A stretch of 64,000 bases of DNA from NCBI GenBank assembly GCA_963798915.1, contig CAWCVB010000011.1, forward strand, positions 1 through 64,000, given 5' to 3'. The stretch comes from an uncultured Gemmatimonadales bacterium (GTDB lineage Bacteria; Gemmatimonadota; Gemmatimonadetes; Gemmatimonadales; GWC2-71-9). Of the stretch, positions 52,658 through 62,477 are shown piece after piece. The notes under the pieces were generated by a model that searched no databases, was not told where the DNA came from, and was given only the letters and a program-made list of their open reading frames with translations. Each line of letters begins with the position of its first letter. Positions within the stretch are counted from its first letter, which is position 1. The position numbers and the translations under genes are program-made.

Positions 52658-52704
52658 CGGAACCAGCGCTCGTCCCCGGGGTGATTCGGGGCTAAATTGC
52701 CTGC

Positions 52705-53481
52705 ATGATCCTCCAGTTCCAGGTTGTCCTGCCAGCCACGGCTGTGGCCATGGCTATGGCCGTGCATGTGCTGGCCATCCCGGCCCTGGTCCTCGGGCTC
52801 TTCGCGGTGCTCGCGAATCCCTGGATCGCCGCCCTGCTGGTCGCGGTGGGCATCATTGCGCTCCTGACGGAAATCAAGGCCGGTGCCTCAGGCCTTGGCA
52901 TCCTGGTGAGCCTGGTGTCCCTGGGACTGTTCTTCCTGGCCGGCATCAGCATGGGCCTGGCCAGCTGGGTGGACATCCTTCTGGCGCTGCTGGGCCTGGT
53001 TGCCATTGCGGCCGAGGTGTTCCTGCTGCCTGGCTTCGGCGTGGCGGGCATCGTCGGTATTGGCATGCTGGGTGCCGCGATCCTGCTCAGCATGCTCGGA
53101 CCGGCCCCCACTCCTGGCGACGTCGCGCAAGCGCTCGGCGCGCTGGGCGCCGCGACGGTCATCACCGTCTCGGTCGCGTATGCCTGGGTCAGGAAGCTGC
53201 CAACCAGCCGCCGCTTCCGCGGACTGCTTCTCCAGGACACCATGCACAGCGCCGCCGGTTACATCTCGTCGGTCTCTCGTACTGAACTCATCGGCCAGCA
53301 GGGCAGGGCGCTCACAGGATTGCGCCCTGCCGGCGCTGCGGAGGTGGCGGGTGAGCGACTGGACGTTGTCACCGAAGGGGAATTCATCGCAGCCGGTACG
53401 CCGGTAATGGTGACCCGATCCGACGGCTACCGCCTTGTCGTGCGGTCAGTCGTTCCATCTCAGCCAGCGAGTGAAGCGTGA
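52705..53481 (+). CDS. NfeD family protein (membrane + OB fold, no protease domain)
   Basis: [32 protein letters not shown]. Confidence 0.88.
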   Translation: MILQFQVVLPATAVAMAMAVHVLAIPALVLGLFAVLANPWIAALLVAVGIIALLTEIKAGASGLGILVSLVSLGLFFLAGISMGLASWVDILLALLGLVAIAAEVFLLPGFGVAGIVGIGMLGAAILLSMLGPAPTPGDVAQALGALGAATVITVSVAYAWVRKLPTSRRFRGLLLQDTMHSAAGYISSVSRTELIGQQGRALTGLRPAGAAEVAGERLDVVTEGEFIAAGTPVMVTRSDGYRLVVRSVVPSQPASEA

Positions 53482-54476
53482 ATGAGTCCCAGTTGACAGT
53501 CGGCATGATCGCGGCCCTGATCGTGATGGGCATGATCGTCATCTCCGTGTTCTTCCGGTTCATCCCGGTGGGACTCTGGATCACCGCGCTCGCCTCAGGC
53601 GTGCGGGTCTCCTTTGCCACCCTGTTCGGCATGCGCTTCCGCAAGGTGAACCCCACCAACATCGTGACGCCGCTCATTACCGCGAGCAAGGCGGGTCTGG
53701 ACCTCGATATCAACGGGCTCGAATCGCACTATCTCTCGGGCGGCAATGTCCAGCGAGTGGTCAATGCGCTGATTTCCGCAGACAAGGCGGGCATTCCCCT
53801 CAGCTTCAAGCAGGCCGCCGCCATCGACCTGGCCGGCCGTGACGTGTTCGAGGCGGTGCAGGTGAGCGTCAACCCCAAGGTCATCACCACGCCCAAGGTT
53901 GCGGCCATGGCCAAGGACGGTATTCAGCTCCTGGCACTGGCGCGCGTGACGGTGCGTGCCAACATCAACCGCCTGGTCGGCGGCGCCGGCGAAGAAACCA
54001 TCCTGGCACGCGTGGGCGAAGGCATTGTCAGCACCATCGGGTCTGCGGAGTCGCACAAGAAGGTGCTGGAGAATCCCGACATGATTTCCAAGAGCGTGCT
54101 GGCCAAGGGGCTCGATGCCGGCACTGCCTTCGAGATCCTGTCGATCGACATTGCCGACGTGGATGTCGGCAAGAACATCGGAGCCGAGCTGCAGACCGAC
54201 CAGGCGGAAGCGGACAAGCGGATTGCGCAGGCCAAGGCCGAGGAGCGCCGGGCGCTGGCGGTGGCCATGGAGCAGGAGTTCAAGGCGGAGGCCCAGAAGC
54301 AGCGCGCGGCGGTGATTGCCGCGGAGGCGCAGATCCCGCTGGCCATGGCCGAAGCGTTCAAGTCCGGCCACCTGGGCGTGATGGACTATCAGCGCTATCG
54401 CAATATCGAGTCGGACACGTCAATGCGGAACGCGATTGCCGGCGGAGGCAGCGCCAGCAACGGACCGGAGAAGTAG
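53478..54476 (+). CDS. floA: Flotillin-like protein FloA (YqfA)
   Basis: [57 protein letters not shown]. Confidence 0.93.
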   Translation: MNESQLTVGMIAALIVMGMIVISVFFRFIPVGLWITALASGVRVSFATLFGMRFRKVNPTNIVTPLITASKAGLDLDINGLESHYLSGGNVQRVVNALISADKAGIPLSFKQAAAIDLAGRDVFEAVQVSVNPKVITTPKVAAMAKDGIQLLALARVTVRANINRLVGGAGEETILARVGEGIVSTIGSAESHKKVLENPDMISKSVLAKGLDAGTAFEILSIDIADVDVGKNIGAELQTDQAEADKRIAQAKAEERRALAVAMEQEFKAEAQKQRAAVIAAEAQIPLAMAEAFKSGHLGVMDYQRYRNIESDTSMRNAIAGGGSASNGPEK

Positions 54477-54968
54477 GTGTCGTTCTTCGGCTGGCTGATC
54501 CTGGCGTACGTGGGCTGGGTCATCCTGAGCGCGTTCCGGAAGGCCGCTGGACAGCAAGCCGCACGCAGCAGCGGTGCCCTGACCCGGGAGGAAGCCCGCC
54601 AGCGCCTGCTGGAGGCGCTGGGCGCAGCGCAGGGCCAACGCACCGTTGAGCCCGTGAGCCGGCCTGCCAGCCGGGTCGCCGTTACGGCGCGTCGGGTGAG
54701 TGCCCGGCCCGCGAGCACGGTTCAGGGCCCGGTCGACTATGACGATCAGGCCGCCGCGGTAATTCGCGAACGACGGCGGGAGGTGGAAGTCCGCAATCGT
54801 TCCCTCGCTGGTGACGACCACGACGCGTTCGATGAGCGCGTGCGGCGGGAAGATGCGGATGATGCGGGTGGCGGGCCGACGGTCGCATCGGGCGCAATCA
54901 GGCGATTGCGAACGCTCATGGTCTGGCAGGAAATCCTGGGGCCGCCAGTCGGCCTGCGAGACGACTGA
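54477..54968 (+). CDS. Hypothetical protein with N-terminal TM (YqfB-like position)
   Basis: N-terminal TM; C-terminal MVWQEILGPPV motif; directly follows floA. Confidence 0.65.
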   Translation: MSFFGWLILAYVGWVILSAFRKAAGQQAARSSGALTREEARQRLLEALGAAQGQRTVEPVSRPASRVAVTARRVSARPASTVQGPVDYDDQAAAVIRERRREVEVRNRSLAGDDHDAFDERVRREDADDAGGGPTVASGAIRRLRTLMVWQEILGPPVGLRDD

Positions 54969-55001
54969 CAACCGTCGACCGACGACTGACGACCGTCAAT
55001 C
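54960..55001. repeat. 7-bp tandem repeat, ~6 degenerate units
   Basis: GACGACT GACAACC GTCGACC GACGACT GACGACC GTCAATC spanning two convergent stop codons. Confidence 0.75.
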
Positions 55002-55556
55002 CACCTGCGCCGGATAGGCCTCACTGTACATCTGCATTGCCCGGTTGATGGCGTCGCGCGCGGCTTCGGCATTCTCGAAGCCGCGCGTTTCCGTGTGCTT
55101 GCCCTCGAGGTCCTTGTACACCTGAAAGAAATGCTCGATTTCCTTCAGGAAGTGTCGCGGTACGTCGGCCAGGTCGTGGCGCTCGGTGGAGTATGGGTCC
55201 GCCAACGGAACGGCCAGCACCTTCTCATCCGCCTGGCCGTGGTCCACCAGGTGGAAGAGTCCCACTGGCCGGCACTCGACCAGGCAGCCGGTAAATACCG
55301 GCTCGGTCATCAGCACCAGCACATCGAGCGGATCGCCATCGTCGCCCAGGGTCCGCGGCAAAAAGCCGTAATCGCCCGGGTAGTGCACGGCGCTGTGGAG
55401 GATCCGATCAAGCCGGAAGAGTCCCAGCGTCTTGTCCAGTTCGTACTTGTTGCGCTCGTTGGCCGGGATCTCGATCACGGCGGTGACCGAGTGCGGCGGC
55501 TGCCCGCCGGTCGGGATATCGTGCCAGGGATGCAGGTGTCGGGCGGTGCGCGGCAT
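54996..55556 (-). CDS. ppa: Inorganic pyrophosphatase (family I)
   Basis: IEIP..NKYE, YPGDYGF, DGDPLDVL, DEK, HFFQVYKDLE. Confidence 0.95.
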   Translation of the reverse strand: MPRTARHLHPWHDIPTGGQPPHSVTAVIEIPANERNKYELDKTLGLFRLDRILHSAVHYPGDYGFLPRTLGDDGDPLDVLVLMTEPVFTGCLVECRPVGLFHLVDHGQADEKVLAVPLADPYSTERHDLADVPRHFLKEIEHFFQVYKDLEGKHTETRGFENAEAARDAINRAMQMYSEAYPAQVD

Positions 55557-55643
55557 GGCGTGTCCAATGCGTGATGTTGTGGAGCAGAATTATAATGGCG
55601 CACGGCTTGCGGCCGGCGCCCGGCGCGGGCATGTTTCCGCCCG

Positions 55644-55726
55644 GCCCGAGTGGCGGAATGGCAGACGCAGCGGACTCAAAATCCGCCGGGGGCAACCCCG
55701 TGCGAGTTCGACTCTCGCCTCGGGCA
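55644..55726 (+). tRNA. tRNA-Leu(CAA)
   Basis: Acceptor GCCCGAG/CTCGGGC + A; D-loop GGAATGGCAGAC; anticodon arm GCGGA-CTCAAAA-TCCGC; long variable arm; GTTCGA T-loop; CCA not encoded. Confidence 0.95.
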
Positions 55727-55776
55727 TCTCCCTATCCATACTTCCGTGGCTGGAGGCCGTAGTGCCCGCCTTGCGC

Positions 55777-57885
55777 ATGTTGCTTCGTCTCTCGGTGGCT
55801 CTCGCCATCACCCTGTCCATCACAAGTCCAGTCCACGCCCAGACTCCGCTGACCGGGTTCGCGCCCGCCGCCAGCGCTCGCGAGCGAGCCCTCGAACAGG
55901 TGCTGCTTCAGGCGGGAGACTCTGCAGCTGCACTACACGATCGCCGAATCCTGGCCGCCAAGCCGCACGTAGCAGGCACTCCGGCGCAGCAGGAGACCGC
56001 GGCCTATGTGCTGGGTGAGATGGCGCGTGCCGGTCTCGACACCAGCCGCATCAATTTCCGCGTGTACCTGCCCTATCCCGATTCAACCATCGTGGAACTG
56101 GTGGCGCCAACCCGGATCCGGCTGAATCTCGATGAACCGCCGGTGCCGGGTGACACCACGACCTATCTCCCGAACTGGCCGGCCATGAATGGGACGGCGG
56201 GAGACGGCGATGTGACGGCACCGCTGGTGTACGTGAACTACGGCTTGATTGATGACTACGCGACCCTCGATTCGCTCGGCGTCAGCGTGAAGGGCAAGGT
56301 GGTGGTGGCCCGCTACGGGCGGAGCTTCCGCGGGATCAAGGCACGCGAGGCGGAACGCCACGGTGCGGCGGCGCTGATTCTTTACTCGGATCCCGAGGAC
56401 GATGGGTTTGCGCGGGGCGATGTGTACCCCGAGGGGCCGATGCGCAACGCCGATGGCGTCCAGCGCGGAAGCGTGCTCAACGAGAATGGCGATCCATCGA
56501 CGCCGGGATGGGCGTCAGTGGCCGGCGCGCGCCGGCTGTCCGAGGACTCCATGGCGCTTATCAATATCCCGGTAGTGCCGATCGGATATGGCAACGCGGC
56601 CAAGCTGCTCCAGCCGATGCGCGGCCCCGACATTCCGCAGTCGTGGCAGGGCGGCCTGCCGTTCCGGTATCACATCGGCGGCACGGACGAGGCATCCGCA
56701 CGGGTGGGTCTCTGGCACCAGCATGGCGATGTTGCGTTCAAGACGATCACGAACACGTTCGGCACCATCCGGGGCAGCGACTGGCCCGAGGAGACAGTGA
56801 TTGTCGGGGGTCACCGCGACGCCTGGGGCCCTGGGGCCCAGGATAACGTCGGCGGTGTCACGAGCATCCTGCAGGCCGCGCGCGCGTGGGGCGCGGCACT
56901 CAAGGCGGGGCACCGCCCGCGGCGGACGCTGATCTTTGCCACGTGGGATGCGGAAGAGTGGGGCCTCGTCGGCTCCACCGAATGGGTCGAATCGAAGGAA
57001 GACTGGCTGGCGCGGCGCGTCGTGGCGTACCTGAACCTCGATTCCCCCGCCGACGGGCGCCACTTCGGCGCGTCGGGCACGTCATCGCTGCACGGCTTCA
57101 TACTCGACCTCGCGCGCTCGGTGCCGCAGCCGGCGGAATCAGTGACGGTCTACGACGCGTGGCGTCGGGACCGGAACGTCAAGGATTCGGCCGAGCCGAG
57201 GGTGGGCGATCTGGGTGGCGGCAGTGACTTCGGATCGTTCTATAACCACCTCGGCCTGCCAGCCTTCGACTTCGGCTTTGGCGGGCCGGGCGGCGTGTAT
57301 CACTCGGCCTACGATACCTACACGTTCCAGGAGCGTTATGGCGATCCGGGCGGCCTCAGTCTGGTGGCGGCGGGACGCCTGGCATCGCTGGCGCTGGCCC
57401 GGCTCGCGAATGCCGAGGTCCCGGCGTTCGACTATGCCAAACTGGGCACCTACCTGCAGGGGCTGGCGCAGAAGGCGATATCGCGAGATTCCGCACTTGG
57501 CATCGGCGACTCGGGCCGATTTGCCGGCCTCGACTCGGCGGCCGGATCGCTCGCCGCGGCGGGTCAGCGCTTTGCCGAGGCGCGTGACGCAGCCCTTCAG
57601 CACGTTGATCGGAAGGCAATACAGGCTGCCAATGCCGAACTGCGGCAGGTGGAGCTCTCCTTTGCGCGGCCCTCAGGGCTGGTGGGCCGGCCGGAGTCCC
57701 GGAACCTTCTCTTTGCCGCCGACCGCAACAACGGCTACGCCAACATCGCCCTTCCCGGTATCGCCGAAGCGGCCGAGGACCGCGATGCGGCCCGGGAAGC
57801 GCAGGAAATTGCCGATCTGACCGGGCGTGTCAGGGTCGCGACCCAGCACGTTGAGCGGGCGACCCGCGCCCTCACTAGCCGGTGA
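55777..57885 (+). CDS. M28 peptidase, glutamate carboxypeptidase II / TfR-like
   Basis: Signal peptide, PHVAGT, PA domain YVNYG, GHRDAW, WDAEEWGLVGS, GSDF, YHSAYD. Confidence 0.9.
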   Translation: MLLRLSVALAITLSITSPVHAQTPLTGFAPAASARERALEQVLLQAGDSAAALHDRRILAAKPHVAGTPAQQETAAYVLGEMARAGLDTSRINFRVYLPYPDSTIVELVAPTRIRLNLDEPPVPGDTTTYLPNWPAMNGTAGDGDVTAPLVYVNYGLIDDYATLDSLGVSVKGKVVVARYGRSFRGIKAREAERHGAAALILYSDPEDDGFARGDVYPEGPMRNADGVQRGSVLNENGDPSTPGWASVAGARRLSEDSMALINIPVVPIGYGNAAKLLQPMRGPDIPQSWQGGLPFRYHIGGTDEASARVGLWHQHGDVAFKTITNTFGTIRGSDWPEETVIVGGHRDAWGPGAQDNVGGVTSILQAARAWGAALKAGHRPRRTLIFATWDAEEWGLVGSTEWVESKEDWLARRVVAYLNLDSPADGRHFGASGTSSLHGFILDLARSVPQPAESVTVYDAWRRDRNVKDSAEPRVGDLGGGSDFGSFYNHLGLPAFDFGFGGPGGVYHSAYDTYTFQERYGDPGGLSLVAAGRLASLALARLANAEVPAFDYAKLGTYLQGLAQKAISRDSALGIGDSGRFAGLDSAAGSLAAAGQRFAEARDAALQHVDRKAIQAANAELRQVELSFARPSGLVGRPESRNLLFAADRNNGYANIALPGIAEAAEDRDAAREAQEIADLTGRVRVATQHVERATRALTSR

Positions 57886-58003
57886 CGATGGAGTCTGAAT
57901 AACCCTTCATAAAAAGTTCGCCGGAGATTAAAGGCGCAACGCGTATCCTTGTCTCATAGCCATGGACCCGCCCGCCGGGCGTTCTGACTCGAGGAGACCA
58001 GGA

Positions 58004-59023
58004 ATGACGTTGCGCCGCCGCACATTCGCCAGCATCTGCGCCACGATGGCCGTTGCCGCTCTCGCCATCATCGTGCTCGCCGGCGCTCATCATACCCCCA
58101 GCGTGGAAGTGGTGGACTTTGGCCGGACACCGCACCCGACAACGCCCGTCTACCAGGCCGCCATTGCTCCGCCTTCGTCTGCGGCCATCAAGGAATTTCA
58201 CATTCCGATCACCCACGGGCGCATCGAAATCGCGCCAGGCAAGATGTACGAAGGGTGGCTCTTTGGAGGGACCGTCCCGGGCCCGATCCTGCGGGTTCGC
58301 CAGGGCGATCGTGTTCGCATTGTGGTCACCAACGACAGCCCGATGCCGCATTCGATCGACCTGCATGCCGCCCGTATTCCCATGAACGACGCGTTTGGCC
58401 CCATCCTGCCCGGCGCGTCCAAGTCCTTCGAGTTCACGGCCAATGATCCGGGCGCATTCATGGTTCACTGCGGCACCGTGCCCGTGATGACCCACATCAT
58501 GAACGGGATGTACTTCGCCATCATCGTGGACCCGGCAGGCGGGTGGGGGACCACGGTCGACAAGGAATTCGTCGTCATCCAGAGCGAGTTCTACGCCCAT
58601 GCCGACTCGGCGACCGAGGTGCTGACGATGGACCGGCAGGCGGCGGCACGGCGGGACCCGAGTTACGTGGTTTTCAATGGCAAGGCGTTCCAGTACAAGC
58701 AGCATCCGCTGCAGGTCACCGAAGGCGATCATGTCCGGTTTTTCGTGGTGAACGCCGGGCCCAATTTCACCAGCGATTTCCATATTGTTGGCGCCATGTT
58801 CGACCGCGTCTATCCGGACGGGCACCCGGCGCATTCCCTGGAAGGCGTCCAGACCTGGCCGGTACCGGCCGGTGGCGGCGCGGTGTTCGAGACGTCGTTC
58901 GAAAAGGGGAAGAGCGGCGTGGGCACGTACGCGTTCGTTACCCATGCCTTCGCTGACGCCGAGAAGGGCGCGCTTGGCCTGATCGAGGTGCGCGCGGCTG
59001 ATGCCGCGGTGGCGATGCACTAG
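58004..59023 (+). CDS. nirK: Copper-containing nitrite reductase-like protein with Tat-type signal
   Basis: HSIDLH, HCGTVPVMTHIMNGM, FHIVG, FVTHAF; N-terminal RRRTF followed by a hydrophobic stretch. Confidence 0.75.
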   Translation: MTLRRRTFASICATMAVAALAIIVLAGAHHTPSVEVVDFGRTPHPTTPVYQAAIAPPSSAAIKEFHIPITHGRIEIAPGKMYEGWLFGGTVPGPILRVRQGDRVRIVVTNDSPMPHSIDLHAARIPMNDAFGPILPGASKSFEFTANDPGAFMVHCGTVPVMTHIMNGMYFAIIVDPAGGWGTTVDKEFVVIQSEFYAHADSATEVLTMDRQAAARRDPSYVVFNGKAFQYKQHPLQVTEGDHVRFFVVNAGPNFTSDFHIVGAMFDRVYPDGHPAHSLEGVQTWPVPAGGGAVFETSFEKGKSGVGTYAFVTHAFADAEKGALGLIEVRAADAAVAMH

Positions 59024-59031
59024 CGGGAGAT

Positions 59032-59104
59032 GGTCGTGGGTCGTCGGTCGTCAGTCGTCAGTCTTCCAGCACCACCGAAGACCGTCGACCGATGACCGAT
59101 GACC
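59032..59104. repeat. Inverted arrays of 7-bp units forming a hairpin between convergent genes
   Basis: GGTCGTG GGTCGTC GGTCGTC AGTCGTC AGTCTTC, 10-nt loop, GAAGACC GTCGACC GATGACC GATGACC. Confidence 0.8.
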
Positions 59105-59113
59105 TTTCGACTC

Positions 59114-60074
59114 TCAGAATTCTCCGATGAAGCCGATTTCCGGTTCGAGTTGCTGTCCGAACCGGTCCCGGACGGCCGACTGCGCATGCGTGATGAGGCG
59201 GCGCACGTCGGCCGCCTTGGCAGCGCCCAGGTTGACCATGATGTTGGCGTGAATGTGCGAAATCTGCGCGTCACCCATCCGATGCCCCTTCAGTCCACAC
59301 TGATCGACCAGTCGGCCGGCGCCGACGCCTTCGATCTTCTTGAAGATCGATCCGGCGCTGGGATGGATCTCGAGCCAGGGATGGCGGGCGCCCCGCCAGC
59401 TCAGGTTCTCCTGGATGATCCTGTGCATCGTATCAGGGTCGCCGCGCTCGAGCTGGAATCGGACCCTGAGGATGACGTCGTCGGTATGGTGAAAGATGGA
59501 ATCATCGTACCCGAACGCCACATAGTCCGCCTCCACCGTCCGGTACTCGCCGGCTGCTGAGAGCATGTCGCAGTTCCGGAACACTTCGGCGATGAACATG
59601 GTACGCTCGCGTTCGGGCGCCGGCGAGAGGAAGTGCAGGTTCTGCCAGATTGCCCCTCCGACCGTGCTGGGAATGCCCACGTAATGCTCAAAGCCAGACC
59701 AGCCGCGTCGCACTGCGTCGTGGATGAGCGTCGCTCATGATCACGCCACTGCCCACCGTGACGCCGCCGTCGTCGGTCCAGTCGGCGGTGTTGGCGCGAT
59801 TCTGGACCACCAGCCCGCGAAACCCGCGGTCGCCAATGAGGATGTTGGCGCCGAGGCCCAGCACGAAGCAGGGCAGCTCGGCGGCGCGAGCGGCGAGCAC
59901 CGCCTGGGCGAGGTCTTCGGGAGTCGCGGCCCGGTACAGCAGGTCCGCCGGCCCACCGATGCGAAAGGTGGTGAGTGGCGCCAACGGCACGTTCCGTTGC
60001 AGGTGCGCGGGGGACAGCCCGTGTTCCGCCGGGTCGAACCGGCGCACTCGTTCGGCAAGCGACGCAGTGGGCAA
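59114..60074 (-). CDS. murB: UDP-N-acetylenolpyruvoylglucosamine reductase (frameshift ~59730)
   Basis: TTFRIGGPAD, LGLGANIL; then GIPSTVGGA, PSAGSIFK, HANIMVN, LEPEI. Confidence 0.9.
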
Positions 60075-60157
60075 GACGGCACTCCGATGGAGAGTGAATG
60101 TATCGGGGAAGTTATCCGGTCCCGCTCGACACGGGAGTCCCCGTCTATATTGCGCCC

Positions 60158-60949
60158 ATGCGTGTGACGCTTGGCGGACTGTACATTTATCCCGTAAAGT
60201 CGTGCGGTGGGTTCATGGCGCCCAGCTGGGAAGTGGACGACCTGGGCCTCCGGATGGATCGGCGCTGGATGATCGTCAATGAACGGGGCCATTTTCACAC
60301 CCAGCGCACACGGCCTCGGCTTGCGCTGGTCCGCACCGGTCTCTCCGGCCAGACGCTGTCATTGGGTGCGCCGGGGATGGAAAGCATCAGCGTGGCGCCC
60401 GGTGGGGGCGACACGGTGGCGGTCGGCATCTGGGACGATGTGTGCGTCGCGGAGCATTGCGAGCCGCATGCAGATGAGTGGGTCAGCGAATTGCTGGGCG
60501 AGCCAGCGCAGCTGGTGTTCATGCCCGATTCCACGCGGCGCGGCACTCCGAAGCGGGCCAGCGAGAGTCTGGGCCGGGTCGGCTTCCAGGACGCCTATCC
60601 GTTCCTGCTGGTTGGCGCCGCGTCGTTGGCGGACCTCAATTCCCGGCTCGATGCAGCGCTGCCAATGAACCGGTTCCGTCCCAATCTGGTCGCCGAGGGT
60701 GCGCCTGCCTACGCGGAGGACCGCTGGAGCGGGTGCACCGCCGGTGATGTCCACCTGATTGCGACCACGCCCTGCGTCCGCTGCCGGATCCCGACCATCG
60801 ATCAGGAATCGGGCAAGAGCGGCAAGGAACCGCTCCGGACTCTCGCCCACTACCGGAAGGTGAACGGCGAGGTCACGTTCGGGGTCAACCTCTCGCATCA
60901 AAATGCAGGAACAATGCGCGTTGGGGATGTCATCACTCCCACCGGCTGA
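60158..60949 (+). CDS. MOSC domain protein (YcbX/mARC-like)
   Basis: YIYPVKS, DRRWM, RFRPNLV, ED.W, PCVRC. Confidence 0.9.
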   Translation: MRVTLGGLYIYPVKSCGGFMAPSWEVDDLGLRMDRRWMIVNERGHFHTQRTRPRLALVRTGLSGQTLSLGAPGMESISVAPGGGDTVAVGIWDDVCVAEHCEPHADEWVSELLGEPAQLVFMPDSTRRGTPKRASESLGRVGFQDAYPFLLVGAASLADLNSRLDAALPMNRFRPNLVAEGAPAYAEDRWSGCTAGDVHLIATTPCVRCRIPTIDQESGKSGKEPLRTLAHYRKVNGEVTFGVNLSHQNAGTMRVGDVITPTG

Positions 60950-60995
60950 GATATCTTCGGCAGCCGAACTTGTTCCACTCAACCTTCCGGGCCAC

Positions 60996-62477
60996 ATGTC
61001 TCTTGTAACCAGCATCCGCTCCGAAGCCCCCGAGTCGGTCGCAACGCCCTTTCTGGCGCTCATCGTCCCCGAAGGGGAGCAACCGGCGAGCCTCGAGGCG
61101 CTGGACGGCGCGGCGGGTGGTGCCATTGCCCGGGTCTACCGGTCGGGCGATTTCCGCGGCAAGCGCGATGAGGCCGTGCTGCTCTACCCGTCGACAGGGC
61201 CGGCGCGCCTGCTCCTGATCGGCGCCGGCAATCCCGCGCAGGGCGGTGGCAACCGGCTGCGGCGGGCGGCGGCACTTGCCGGTCGGCGCGCGGTGCAGGC
61301 GCGCGTGGAAGAGGCCGCACTCTTCATCACGCCGGAAGCCCGCGGGGACGAGACGCCGGAGCACGCCGTACGCATGGCGGCCGAAGGGATCCCGTTCGGT
61401 GCCTGGCGCTATCTGGACCTCAAGCGGCCCAGCGAGGAGACACGGACCGTCCTGGCGCGGATGGACATTCTCGCCGACGGCGGAAAGGCGCTGCAGCGGG
61501 GCCACGCCCTGGGAGCCGCCATTGCAGAGGGTCAGGCCCTGGCCCGCTCGATTCAGGTCCTTCCCGGCAATACCTGCACCCCGACGTTCCTGGGTCAGAC
61601 GGCGCAGGAGCTGGCTGCCCGTCACGGGATGACGGCCACGGTGCTGGACCGCGCGGCCATCAAGAAGGAGGGCATGCACGCGCTGCTCGCGGTGGCGCAG
61701 GGCAGCGCCGAGGAGCCCCGGTTCATCGTGCTCGAGTACAAGGGTGCGGCTGCGGCCCCGGTCGTGCTGGTGGGCAAGGGCGTCACGTTCGACACGGGCG
61801 GTATCTCCATCAAGCCCGCCCTGAGCATGGAGGAGATGAAGTTCGACATGTCCGGGGCAGCCGCGGTGCTGGGGGTCTTCGAGATGCTCGGCCGTCTCAA
61901 GCCCGCCGTTCATGTGGTGGGGCTCATCCCCTCGGCGGAAAACATGCCGTCTGGAACTGCCTACCGCCCTGGCGATGTCGTAGGAAGCCACCTCGGAAAA
62001 ACCATCGAAGTGGTGAACACCGACGCGGAAGGCCGGCTGCTCCTGGCCGATGCGCTCTCCTACGCGCGCCGCTTTGAGCCCGCCGCAGTGGTCGACGCCG
62101 CGACGCTCACCGGTGCGGTCGTGTCAGCGCTGGGCCATACCGCGATCGGGCTGATGGGCAACGACGACGCGCTGATGGATGAGCTGCGCCAGGCCGGTGA
62201 GCGAGCCGGTGAGCGGGCTTGGCCGCTGCCCCTCTGGGACGAGTTCCGGGAGCTTATCCGGAGCGACATCGCCGACGTCAAGAACAGCGGAGGTCGCCCG
62301 GCCGGAAGCATCACAGCGGGCTGGTTCCTCCGGGAGTTCGTCGAGGGGTTTCCGTGGGCCCACTTGGATATTGCGGGCACCGCATACAGCGATCGCGATG
62401 ACGCCACCCGGGTCAAAGGGCCGACCGGCATGGCCGTCCGGCTCTTCAGCGAATTTGTGCTGGGGCGTGCGAGCTAA
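60996..62477 (+). CDS. pepA: Leucyl aminopeptidase (M17)
   Basis: VGKGVTFDTGG, MKFDMSG, NTDAEGRL, WAHLDIAG. Confidence 0.93.
   Translation: MSLVTSIRSEAPESVATPFLALIVPEGEQPASLEALDGAAGGAIARVYRSGDFRGKRDEAVLLYPSTGPARLLLIGAGNPAQGGGNRLRRAAALAGRRAVQARVEEAALFITPEARGDETPEHAVRMAAEGIPFGAWRYLDLKRPSEETRTVLARMDILADGGKALQRGHALGAAIAEGQALARSIQVLPGNTCTPTFLGQTAQELAARHGMTATVLDRAAIKKEGMHALLAVAQGSAEEPRFIVLEYKGAAAAPVVLVGKGVTFDTGGISIKPALSMEEMKFDMSGAAAVLGVFEMLGRLKPAVHVVGLIPSAENMPSGTAYRPGDVVGSHLGKTIEVVNTDAEGRLLLADALSYARRFEPAAVVDAATLTGAVVSALGHTAIGLMGNDDALMDELRQAGERAGERAWPLPLWDEFRELIRSDIADVKNSGGRPAGSITAGWFLREFVEGFPWAHLDIAGTAYSDRDDATRVKGPTGMAVRLFSEFVLGRAS

Noticed and set aside
55432..55776. N-terminal extension of the M28 ORF across the tRNA
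   Set aside because: It overlaps ppa and the tRNA; the signal peptide begins at ATG 55777.
57905..57919. CTTC-N7-GTTC upstream of the nirK-like gene
   Set aside because: A short one-mismatch match expected by chance, with no biological rationale; needs a PWM.
55644..59023. tRNA-Leu as integration site of an island carrying M28 and nirK
   Set aside because: No integrase, no duplicated tRNA 3' end seen, and no clear compositional shift.
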